Shown: positions 25,739-34,291 of the stretch, in pieces
How the letters are laid out: each line of letters starts with the position of its first letter
Numbering within the stretch: the stretch's first letter is position 1
Position numbers and translations under genes: made by a program
NCBI GenBank assembly: GCA_043820105.1
Contig: JBDREC010000096.1
Location: forward strand, 1-39,584
Length of the DNA: 39,584 nucleotides
Direction: 5' to 3'
Source: Pseudomonadota bacterium
Lineage (GTDB): Bacteria > Bdellovibrionota_F > JAHFAK01 > JBDREC01
The notes under the pieces: model-generated
What the model was told of the DNA's origin: nothing
What the model saw: the letters and a program-made list of their open reading frames with translations, nothing else
Databases searched by the model: none

Positions 25739-27514
25739 ATGTCTGTAAACAAAGAATATGACGCCATAATTGGTGGTTCCGGTCTTTCAGGACTTACATC
25801 TGCCTATTATCTCAAAAAAATGAATCCCGAGTGGAAGATCCTAATCATCGAAAGAGCAGGAAGGCCAGGTGGTCTAACAGGCAACTGGTTTGATCATAGA
25901 GAAAATCCAATTGCTGAAAAGCTCAAGCTTCAAACACCAATGCATATGGTATTTCGCAATAAATATCCCAATTTAGTTAATCTTGTTACTGAAATTTCTG
26001 GTCGCCTTTCCCCCTTATATAAAGGATATGATATTATCACCAGTGATGGCACACGACACAAGCTGGAAATGAATGACTGGACAGCTAGAAACCTCCCGGC
26101 CCCTTTTCATGGTCTTGGTATGTTTATGAAACTAAAAATGCCCTTGCTGGCTAAATGGGATTTGATGAAGCTGGCTTTAGTTTCTTCTTATTGTGCTAAA
26201 GAATTGATGAATGGAAAACAAGAACCAAAGCTTATTCCCAACACCTTGAGCATGGAAAGCCTGGAAATACTCTTAAATGTTGGGCAGTACACCAGAGACT
26301 TTATTGAAACAGTTACTCCCAGCATCTTCAACCTCCATCCATGGTACACAGCTGCCCCGAGAATGGCTGCTGTTATAGCTGGCACTATGATGCTTGAACG
26401 CAACTCACTTCATTATCATGTTTTTGGAAAAAATTATAATGATGCATTTATTGATGATTTTGTAAGTAAGCTAAAAGAAATGGGACTTCATTTCAAGTTT
26501 TTCACAGAGATAAAAAAAATCCAAAGCAATGAAAATGGTTCTGAAGTTGAAAACATTTGGATAAACTCATTTGGTCCAGAAAACAAAGAAAGCACAAGAT
26601 ACATTTGCAATAATTGTGGAGCTGAAAACTACTGTCTTGATCGCGCCTTTTGTGCCCACTGTGGTCTTGATACAAGTCTTGATAAAATAAGAGACGGTCT
26701 TATAAAGTTTCCCCAGGGCAATGATGCGTGGAAGGATCCTGAAAAATCCGGATATGAAAACATAAAAACTCCCATATTAATTACTGCAATGTATCCACAT
26801 ATGATAGCCAGACTCATTCCAATAGATTCACCACTTAGAAGCCATCCATATGTTAGATCCTTCTTTTCATCAAGGGGAAACAGGACCCAGCTTTCTATAG
26901 CCAGAGTCTATTACAAAAAGCAGGTTACACAAGATCAAAGGTTTATTACTGGTACACATAATCATACATTGTGCTTCAATGGTTGCCAATCAGTTAGAAA
27001 TAACTTCGGCTTTGAAGACCTATATGTTCCTGAAGAAAAAGATGTTGTAGATGTATTAATGGATGTTGGAATTATACGAGATGCCCATTCCAGACAAAAT
27101 CATATAAAAAGAATAGTAAGAGATTTAAACAAGGTATATCCAGAAGCTGATCCTTCCTTAGTTGAACATGTTTCCTTTGCAAATATTTATCCCAATGCAC
27201 TTTATTTAAGTGATCAACCCTCAATCGCAGGACTTCATAGGATTTATAATACTCATAGAACTGGAGCTAAAAACTGGTATGTAGCAGGCTGCCATAGCGG
27301 CCTGATCGGGATTGGAATGGAATCAGCTGTTGAGTCGGCGATGTCAACTGTTAACTGTATCCAGGAAGATAATAGATCAAAAGAAAAAGTTAAAATCAAG
27401 CCATACAATATTTCAGCCGGAACCAAGTTAGCTGCCATAACTGGAAGCCTTTTATTGCGATGGAAATCAAGATTTCATAACATTAATCGACTATCAGGAA
27501 ACAGATACTCATAA
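25739..27514 (+). CDS. FAD-dependent oxidoreductase (amine-oxidase/carotenoid-desaturase superfamily) with an inserted double zinc ribbon
   Basis: GGSGLSGLTSAYYL and ERAGRPGG (Rossmann fold), PMHMVF..YPNL, C-terminal NWYVAGCH..GMESAVES; insert CNNCG..CLDRAFCAHCG; GGAG RBS. Confidence 0.8.
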   Translation: MSVNKEYDAIIGGSGLSGLTSAYYLKKMNPEWKILIIERAGRPGGLTGNWFDHRENPIAEKLKLQTPMHMVFRNKYPNLVNLVTEISGRLSPLYKGYDIITSDGTRHKLEMNDWTARNLPAPFHGLGMFMKLKMPLLAKWDLMKLALVSSYCAKELMNGKQEPKLIPNTLSMESLEILLNVGQYTRDFIETVTPSIFNLHPWYTAAPRMAAVIAGTMMLERNSLHYHVFGKNYNDAFIDDFVSKLKEMGLHFKFFTEIKKIQSNENGSEVENIWINSFGPENKESTRYICNNCGAENYCLDRAFCAHCGLDTSLDKIRDGLIKFPQGNDAWKDPEKSGYENIKTPILITAMYPHMIARLIPIDSPLRSHPYVRSFFSSRGNRTQLSIARVYYKKQVTQDQRFITGTHNHTLCFNGCQSVRNNFGFEDLYVPEEKDVVDVLMDVGIIRDAHSRQNHIKRIVRDLNKVYPEADPSLVEHVSFANIYPNALYLSDQPSIAGLHRIYNTHRTGAKNWYVAGCHSGLIGIGMESAVESAMSTVNCIQEDNRSKEKVKIKPYNISAGTKLAAITGSLLLRWKSRFHNINRLSGNRYS

Positions 27515-27523
27515 TTAGTATTA

Positions 27524-28744
27524 CTAATTTTTATATATTATTTCCCCACTTTTAATCACAATTTTCTCATGATTCGTAGCAAAGTGATAAATAAAATATT
27601 CATAACTTGGAATTTTCAACAATAATATATCAGCTTTTTTATCTATTTCTAATGATCCTGCTTGATCATCCATATCAAGTGCTTTTGCAGCATTAATTGT
27701 TATTGCCTTCATTACTTCATCTATAGTCATATTCATATTAAGAGCTGAAAGTGTTGCAATGAAAGGTAAGTTTTCAGTCATTGATGAACCAGGATTAAAG
27801 TCAGTAGCAATGGCTACATCCAATCCAAGATCTATCATGTCACGAGCATTAGCATAGTTTTTATCTTTTAAGAAGAAGCTGGCTCCAGGCAAAAGTACTG
27901 GGATTACTGATGCATCTTTCATTGCCAGCATTCCCTCAGACCCAACGTGATGTAGGTGTTCAGCTGAAACTGCATCTAGCTTTGCCGCAAGTTTAGCAGC
28001 ACCTATATCATAAAGCTGATCTGCATGGATTTTTGGTTTTAAGCCATTATCAAGTGCGGCTTTTAAGATTTTTTCCGATTCTTTAACAGAAAAAGCCACT
28101 TTATCGCAAAAAACATCGCAAAACTCGGCTAAGCCATCTTCTCTCACCGCTGGTAACATTTCATTAATAACAATATTAATGTATTGATCCTTATTTCCTC
28201 GATATTCGATTGGATAAGCATGAGCTCCAAGAAAGCTTGCTTTAATGTCTATTGGACATTCTTTTGCTAGCCTCCTAATAACTCTTAGTATTTTAAGTTC
28301 AGTTTCAGTATTAAGACCATAGCCAGATTTGATTTCAATAGTTGTAACACCATTTGAAATAACTGAAGCAATTCGCTTTTTTGCTAGGTCAAAAAGCTCA
28401 TCTTCTGATGCCTTACGAGTTGCATTGACTGTTGATAATATTCCACCCCCAGCTTCTAAAATTTCTTCATAAGATTTCCCAGCCAAGCGCATTGCAAACT
28501 CATTTTCACGAGTTCCAGCAAAAACAAGGTGTGTGTGACAATCAATAAGACCTGGTATAGCTACATATTCGAAAGCATCTATTTTATCTATGTTTTCTTG
28601 ATTCTTAATATCTTTTTCTATTTTCTTAATCTTTCCATCTTCAATTAAGATATCCACATTTTCAAGTAGGCCTAAAGGATGAGAATTGATTTCTTTTAGA
28701 GTTAGGCAGGATTTTATATTTTTTAGCAAGAGTGATTTTTTCAT
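27524..28744 (-). CDS. hutI: Imidazolonepropionase
   Basis: PGLIDCHTHLVFAG, GGGILSTV, EIKSGYGL, FLGAHA, HADQL and ATDFNPGSS. Confidence 0.95.
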   Translation of the reverse strand: MKKSLLLKNIKSCLTLKEINSHPLGLLENVDILIEDGKIKKIEKDIKNQENIDKIDAFEYVAIPGLIDCHTHLVFAGTRENEFAMRLAGKSYEEILEAGGGILSTVNATRKASEDELFDLAKKRIASVISNGVTTIEIKSGYGLNTETELKILRVIRRLAKECPIDIKASFLGAHAYPIEYRGNKDQYINIVINEMLPAVREDGLAEFCDVFCDKVAFSVKESEKILKAALDNGLKPKIHADQLYDIGAAKLAAKLDAVSAEHLHHVGSEGMLAMKDASVIPVLLPGASFFLKDKNYANARDMIDLGLDVAIATDFNPGSSMTENLPFIATLSALNMNMTIDEVMKAITINAAKALDMDDQAGSLEIDKKADILLLKIPSYEYFIYHFATNHEKIVIKSGEIIYKN

Positions 28745-28763
28745 TTTAGCCTTTATTTTTTTT

Positions 28764-28789
28764 CGTTTACGTTTACGTGTACGAGCACG
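28764..28789. repeat. Hexamer tandem array
   Basis: CGTTTA CGTTTA CGTGTA CGAGCA CG, just upstream of hutI. Confidence 0.6.
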
Positions 28790-28818
28790 TTAAAGATGAA
28801 TATCATTTTAAATCAAAC

Positions 28819-28851
28819 ACGCTGTACGCTGTACGCCTTACGCTGTACGCT
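28819..28851. repeat. Heptamer tandem array (ACGCTGT)
   Basis: ACGCTGT ACGCTGT ACGCCTT ACGCTGT ACGCT, abutting the nif3 stop codon. Confidence 0.85.
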
Positions 28852-28852
28852 C

Positions 28853-29617
28853 TCATACATCATTCGGAATATCAACAAACTCAACATCGATATTAAATTT
28901 ATCTTTCAAACGCCTACCAAGAGCTATAACACCAACCTTCTCAGTATTGTAATGTCCTGCTGCAATAAAATTAACACCTACCTCTTTTGCCATATTCATA
29001 ATCGGCTCACCTACTTCGCCAGTAATAAATACATCAAGGTCATCTTTGGTAACTTGATAATAGATGTCTGAAGCACCGCCTGAAACAACAGCAATTTTAC
29101 TTATTTTTTCTTTTCCAAAATTATAAACTTTTAAGTTTGATTTATAATATGTTTTTATTTTTTCTTGAAATTCTTTAAAACATATTTCTTTTTTTAATTC
29201 GCCGATGCAACCAAGTTTTTTGCCTCTATAATCGCCAAATCCATTTAAAGCAACTGCACCCAGATCTTTTGCCGCCACAAAATTGTTGCCAACTTCTTCA
29301 TGCATATCAAGAGGAAGATGATAGGCAAACAAAGAGAGATTACTTTTTATTAAGGTTTCAATCCGAGTTTTTTTCCAGCCTTTGATAACTTTTATTTCAT
29401 TATCCCAAAGCATTCCATGATGAACAAGTATTGCATCTGCATCTTTTTCAATAGCTTTTTCAAAAAGCTCTAAAGAAGCTGAAACAGCAATAACAACTTT
29501 CTTTATCTCATCTTTACCTTCAACCTGTAGACCATTTGGAACATAGTCACGAATTTCATTTACTTTAAGATATTCGTTTAGATAACTTTCAAGATCTATT
29601 CTGTTGATTTTAGGCAT
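28853..29617 (-). CDS. ybgI: NIF3/YbgI dinuclear metal-centre hexameric protein (DUF34)
   Basis: DYVPNGLQVEG, LVHHG, AYHLPLDMH..GNN, FITGE and AAGHYNTE. Start reassigned to ATG 29617 (AGGAG at 29623-29627). Confidence 0.92.
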   Translation of the reverse strand: MPKINRIDLESYLNEYLKVNEIRDYVPNGLQVEGKDEIKKVVIAVSASLELFEKAIEKDADAILVHHGMLWDNEIKVIKGWKKTRIETLIKSNLSLFAYHLPLDMHEEVGNNFVAAKDLGAVALNGFGDYRGKKLGCIGELKKEICFKEFQEKIKTYYKSNLKVYNFGKEKISKIAVVSGGASDIYYQVTKDDLDVFITGEVGEPIMNMAKEVGVNFIAAGHYNTEKVGVIALGRRLKDKFNIDVEFVDIPNDV

Positions 29618-29638
29618 TATTACTCCTGGTTTAATTTG

Positions 29639-29715
29639 GTCACCAGAGCACCAGAGCACTAGTCACCAGGTTTTGTATTTTAATCACCAGCAACTAGCAA
29701 CCAGCAACCAGCAAC
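29639..29715. repeat. Two short 7/8-mer tandem arrays between ftcD and nif3
   Basis: GTCACCA GAGCACCA GAGCACTA GTCACCA (29639-29668) and TCACCAG CAACTAG CAACCAG CAACCAG CAAC (29684-29715). Confidence 0.8.
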
Positions 29716-29730
29716 AAAATTTTTCGCTTA

Positions 29731-31404
29731 TTATAAGGAAGCAATTCTCTCCCGGGTCACCTTCTCAATTTCATCACAAGCACCACTAACCTTAGCCAAA
29801 ATCTCATCTGATTCACATCTCATTTTTTCAACATATTCCTTATTTTTGATTCCGGCTAAATTAATTAAAACATTATAATACGCACCTTTTGCACAAGCCA
29901 GAGCACATAATCCGGCCACTCCAGCATCTGATGCTGAATTAATATTTCCAACTTTAGCGATTTCTTTTACTGCATCTACAATTTCCAGGGTATCTTTTAG
30001 CACTGAAAATGGAACTTCTGTAGCTCCTTTTGTTGCATTTAATAAGGCTTCATCTTTTATTTGTTTTTCTAAATCAGTTGCAGAAGGCATGGAAAAGCAT
30101 TCCATAACCCTGGTAAATGCAAAGGTATCATCATCAATTGCTTTAAGCATTTTATCTTTAATGATTTGAAGAGGGGGGGCAATTTTTCTTAATGTTAAAG
30201 AGGCTTCTATATAACCTTTTTTTCCAATAGTTAAATTTGCAACCATTGCACCAAGGGCTGCTGAAAGCGAACCACAAAGTGCAGCTACAGATCCTCCACC
30301 AGGAGCTGGAGCATCTGTTGATAGTAAGTCAGCGAACTCATCAAGTTTCATGCTAACAAGAGGAGTTTCAGCCTTTATTTTATATTCAATGATTTTTTCA
30401 TTAATATTAAATGCAGAAATTTCACTTAAGCCTAGAGATTGAACAGCTGTTTCAATCACATCTTTTTCAGGAATAGCCCTTGATGCTTTTGCTTTTCTAA
30501 GATAATGCATTCCAGCTTGTATCATCGCGTCTTTTGGTATTAACCCAACGAGCTCACTTCCAGTAATTCTCACACCATTTTTATCTGCAATTTTACAAGC
30601 TTCATCATAAACTTTATGTATTGAAGATACTTTGTAATTTGTAAAATTAATTGATATTTGAGCTCTCTTATATTCATCAATATACCAACCAACAGCCTTA
30701 ACACATTTAAACTTTCCTGGCACCATTACATTTTCGCCAAAGTCATCTTTAACAAGTTTTCCTTTTTCATCTCTTTTAGCAAAACCTGCTTCTCTTAATT
30801 CATAGGCAATTTTATTAGCGAGTTTTGTGTTTTTTGTATTTAAATTTAAATTATATGCAATCAAGAATTCTCTAACGCCCATTGCTGTAGCCCCTGATTT
30901 TGCGTTAAATTCACAAGGTCCAAAGTCAGGTTTCCAATTTGGGTCTTTAAACTTTTCTGAAAGACCTTCGTATTCTCCTTTTCTAACAACAGCTAGATTT
31001 CGCCTGTCTTCTTTTTGAGCAGATAGTTCATAAAGATAGATTGGAATTCCAAGTTCTTCTCCAACTTTTTTCCCAACTCTTTTTGACAGCTCAATAGCAT
31101 CCTCAGTTGTCATGCCTGAAATTGGAACAAATGGGCAAACATCACAAGCTCCCATCCTAGCGTGAGCCCCAGTATGCTTTTTCATATCTATTACTTCAGA
31201 AGCCTTTTTAATGCAAGCAAACGCAGCTTCAGCCACAGCATCTGGAGATCCAACAAAAGTAACAACAGTTCTATTTGTATCCTTACCAGGATCAACATCA
31301 AGTAAAGTAACACCTTCGCAGGCTTCAATTTGATCAGTTATTTGCTTAATAATATTTAGGTCTCTACCTTCAGAAAAGTTAGGAACACATTCAACTAATT
31401 GCAT
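29731..31404 (-). CDS. ftcD: Bifunctional glutamate formimidoyltransferase / formimino-THF cyclodeaminase
   Basis: MQLVECVPNFSEGR, NRTVVT, HxGxHARMGACDVCPFVP and GSELVGL; cyclodeaminase part APAPGGGSVAAL, GNINSASDAGV and YNVLINL. Confidence 0.95.
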   Translation of the reverse strand: MQLVECVPNFSEGRDLNIIKQITDQIEACEGVTLLDVDPGKDTNRTVVTFVGSPDAVAEAAFACIKKASEVIDMKKHTGAHARMGACDVCPFVPISGMTTEDAIELSKRVGKKVGEELGIPIYLYELSAQKEDRRNLAVVRKGEYEGLSEKFKDPNWKPDFGPCEFNAKSGATAMGVREFLIAYNLNLNTKNTKLANKIAYELREAGFAKRDEKGKLVKDDFGENVMVPGKFKCVKAVGWYIDEYKRAQISINFTNYKVSSIHKVYDEACKIADKNGVRITGSELVGLIPKDAMIQAGMHYLRKAKASRAIPEKDVIETAVQSLGLSEISAFNINEKIIEYKIKAETPLVSMKLDEFADLLSTDAPAPGGGSVAALCGSLSAALGAMVANLTIGKKGYIEASLTLRKIAPPLQIIKDKMLKAIDDDTFAFTRVMECFSMPSATDLEKQIKDEALLNATKGATEVPFSVLKDTLEIVDAVKEIAKVGNINSASDAGVAGLCALACAKGAYYNVLINLAGIKNKEYVEKMRCESDEILAKVSGACDEIEKVTRERIASL

Positions 31405-31422
31405 TTTTACCTCCAGAGAATT

Positions 31423-31461
31423 GCGTACAGCGTACAGCTTATAGCGTACAGAATACGGCGT
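31423..31461. repeat. Heptamer tandem array (GCGTACA), reverse complement of the 28819 and 34242 arrays
   Basis: GCGTACA GCGTACA GCTTATA GCGTACA GAATACG GCGT, just 5' of the ftcD RBS. Confidence 0.85.
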
Positions 31462-31518
31462 TTAAATACTAAGAATATCTATTGATAAATCATAAATTAG
31501 TCAAGTCCTGTTCACTTC

Positions 31519-31549
31519 CTACAAACTACAAGCTACCAGCTACAAGCTA
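31519..31549. repeat. Heptamer tandem array (CTACAAG)
   Basis: CTACAAA CTACAAG CTACCAG CTACAAG CTA; the last CTA is the TAG stop codon of the Omp85-fusion gene. Confidence 0.8.
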
Positions 31550-34291
31550 AAAAGATTGATCCAATGCAAAATAAAACCTCGGCGCAGTCTCTGTAATATG
31601 ATCAAGTCTTTGAGCAATATCAAAACGGAAAAGGGTTTCACGAATACCTAAAGCATCAATAAAAAGTCTTAAACTATATCCTGCTGAATAGTTAATTGGA
31701 TCTTTATAAAAGAGTTCATGAAAGCCCTGGCTATGCTCATAAGCTGGATCATTATCTGTATTAATCAAATCCTGATAAGTATTGTTAACTTTTCCTGAGT
31801 CAAAAAGAATCGCTCCTTGAATTTTGGTAAGTCTGAAAATATTCAAAAAATTAAGATTTAGATTTGAAATTAGTCTATGTCTATATTCACAACTTAATAA
31901 AATTCGATTTTTTCCAATTGCTTCAGCGTCTGAATAGTCAAGACCTCTAACACCGCTTAAGCCTCCAATGGAAAAATATTTTTGTTCTGGCAGATCATCT
32001 GATATTGCGCTAGATAATTTTGCCCGTATCACTAAAAGCTGCTCATTTGCAATTTGAATTATTTTTAAGCCAGATAAACCAACTCTATAAATTTCAAAAT
32101 CACTGAGTGTGTATTTTGACCCATACTCAAAGTAACTACCAAGTGCCCATCCTCCTTGAGGATTTTTGTAACTTAAAGTTGATGAAAAACCGTAATACAG
32201 CATAATAGTGTTAGCAATACCGCTTGAGGGAACCAAGGTGTCATCAGAATCCACAAATCCAGGGTTGAGCCAGAGAAAATTATTTGAAATTTCTGCGTAG
32301 TGATTCATTCTTAAAAAATCCACAAGTCTTCCAAATTGGCGTCCATAGCCAGCTGATATTAAAGTTCCAGCTGGATAGTAATAGCCATACAAATTATACC
32401 GATTTTTGGGATCATAAATTCTTCTAAGCTGCAAATCTAATAAAGCAGAAATCTCCCCTGAATTAATATCTAAAGAACCATTTATTTCTCTAACAAGCAA
32501 AACATATTTACTTGGATCTCGATTATCCTTTAAAGTTGTTTCATTTAATCTTTGTTCTGGATCAATTTCAATCAGATTTATTTTATGCTCAGTTGTGAGT
32601 TCTAAAGTATCTTCTTGAGCCTTACCATCCCACTTCAGATAAAGATCCTCAGAATTCTCAAGCTTAATAAAAACAGGTTCCAAAATATCTTCTTTGCTTT
32701 CTTTTGATATTGTAAGCTTTGTTTTATGTAAACCATTTTTCAGCTTTGTTTTTTTGATATCTTTTAAGGCATAGTTTATCTTAGACAAAGGTTTTAGCCA
32801 TTGCTTATAAAACCACTTTAAATCAATACCAGTAAAGTCCTGGCTATATTTATAAAATGATTCTTTTGTAGCGAATTCATTGCTCATTTTAATTATAAAG
32901 TTCCTAAAAAGATCATCATATTCTTCATTACCAATTAGATCTTTTAGCTTTTCTGCAATTACCCTGCCAGAAGGAATATTTCTTGTATAAGTTGAAAAAT
33001 CAGTTTTTAAATAATCATCAGAATAAATTTTATTAAAATAAACAGATGAAAAGGGATATTGAGGTGTAAAAATAACTTCTTGAACTGCAGGAATGAAACT
33101 AAAAAGTTTCACGAGTAACAAATCTTTGGCATTTTCGATTTCGTTAAATTCAACTTTTCTAAATGCTCTATACTTATCTGTGATATACCAACCGAGAGCT
33201 TCAGATACCAAAATATTCTCATCCCCAGGTAATAAACCTTTCAATTTCTGCCTAAATATTTGGGTTGCCAAGCCATTAATAAAACCAAACTCATGAAAAT
33301 ACCTGACAAAATTAAAAATCTGAAATGCACGATCAGATAAAAAAAGCATATCATCAGAGTTCATTGTAAGCAAATGCCGAAGCCGGATTTCGGAAACAAT
33401 AACTTGCTGCCTAGGTATTTGCATTCCGTAGCTTGATAAAAACTCATTAAACTTTTTTAAGGTATCATTAATATATTCTATCTGTTTCTTATTTTCCCTT
33501 GGCTTTAGAAATATAAGATCCAGATAATCACTTTTATAAGTTGTTAAATAAAAATCCTTTGATAAAACTAGTGAAGGATAATAAGCTTCAAATTTAAAAA
33601 TTTTTACCCTTAATTTTGTGCACATAATTCCATTTGCTATGCCAACTAAGTCCTCATCTGTGTTTAAAGATATGTTAAATATTGATCTCTGAGGATATAA
33701 ATTAGAATAAGCACCATCTGAAAGCTCTTCAATATAAAAAGGAAAAAAGTAACCATTTAGATTAATATCTTTTCCATAGTAGCCAAAAGTTCCAAAACGA
33801 TGAGGAATAAGCGTAGTAAAATATAGCTTAAGGTTTATTTTATCATCTTTTTGAATTATTTTTCCGAGTTTAATTTCTGTAACAGTATCATTAATAATTT
33901 CGTTTTTAGGCCTTTCTTTATTAATAGCAAAAGAATACTCTAGCTTATCATTAACTAGAATTTCATCTATTTCAAAAGAAATACTGCCTGCATTAAAATC
34001 TTTTGGAAAAATCCATTCATAATTAATATCATTAAGCTGGTCAGATTGTTTTAAAAAAGCATTTGGAAATAAACCAAGCTTAATGCTATCTCTATCTACA
34101 TTATTAATAAATTCTATATCAACCTTCCCATGAATTTGCATATGTTCACTATCAAGATATGCGTTAATTTTATAAGTAGGAATAGAAAAGACATTTTGTG
34201 CAAAAAAGATTAAAGTAAAATTGAATAGAATAGAAAAGATATACGCCGTACGCTGTATGCTGTACGCTCTACGCCTACAAGTCTTTTGCAT
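31547..34291 (-). CDS. M1-aminopeptidase-like domain fused to a C-terminal Omp85/BamA-family beta-barrel
   Basis: M1 N-domain pattern (YKINAYLD..IHG.VDIEFIN, LFPNAF, RFG), degenerate Zn site FHEFGF...SEAL, DLKWFYKQWL and IEIDPEQRLNE. Barrel with FSIGGLSGVRG and a terminal Phe (ALDQSF). Start uncertain. Confidence 0.75.
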   Translation of the reverse strand: MQKTCRRRAYSIQRTAYIFSILFNFTLIFFAQNVFSIPTYKINAYLDSEHMQIHGKVDIEFINNVDRDSIKLGLFPNAFLKQSDQLNDINYEWIFPKDFNAGSISFEIDEILVNDKLEYSFAINKERPKNEIINDTVTEIKLGKIIQKDDKINLKLYFTTLIPHRFGTFGYYGKDINLNGYFFPFYIEELSDGAYSNLYPQRSIFNISLNTDEDLVGIANGIMCTKLRVKIFKFEAYYPSLVLSKDFYLTTYKSDYLDLIFLKPRENKKQIEYINDTLKKFNEFLSSYGMQIPRQQVIVSEIRLRHLLTMNSDDMLFLSDRAFQIFNFVRYFHEFGFINGLATQIFRQKLKGLLPGDENILVSEALGWYITDKYRAFRKVEFNEIENAKDLLLVKLFSFIPAVQEVIFTPQYPFSSVYFNKIYSDDYLKTDFSTYTRNIPSGRVIAEKLKDLIGNEEYDDLFRNFIIKMSNEFATKESFYKYSQDFTGIDLKWFYKQWLKPLSKINYALKDIKKTKLKNGLHKTKLTISKESKEDILEPVFIKLENSEDLYLKWDGKAQEDTLELTTEHKINLIEIDPEQRLNETTLKDNRDPSKYVLLVREINGSLDINSGEISALLDLQLRRIYDPKNRYNLYGYYYPAGTLISAGYGRQFGRLVDFLRMNHYAEISNNFLWLNPGFVDSDDTLVPSSGIANTIMLYYGFSSTLSYKNPQGGWALGSYFEYGSKYTLSDFEIYRVGLSGLKIIQIANEQLLVIRAKLSSAISDDLPEQKYFSIGGLSGVRGLDYSDAEAIGKNRILLSCEYRHRLISNLNLNFLNIFRLTKIQGAILFDSGKVNNTYQDLINTDNDPAYEHSQGFHELFYKDPINYSAGYSLRLFIDALGIRETLFRFDIAQRLDHITETAPRFYFALDQSF
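34242..34276. repeat. Heptamer tandem array (TACGCTG)
   Basis: TACGCCG TACGCTG TATGCTG TACGCTC TACGCCT, abutting the stop codon of the sigma54 activator gene. Confidence 0.85.

Noticed and set aside
28796-29071. 91 aa plus-strand ORF, and similar short ORFs such as 2404-2847, 11041-11325, 22688-23002 and 29604-29789
   Set aside because: They overlap well-supported genes antisense or out of frame, or simply translate the heptamer arrays.
25101-34276. Repeat arrays as CRISPR
   Set aside because: Units are 6-8 nt and contiguous, with no spacers and no cas genes.
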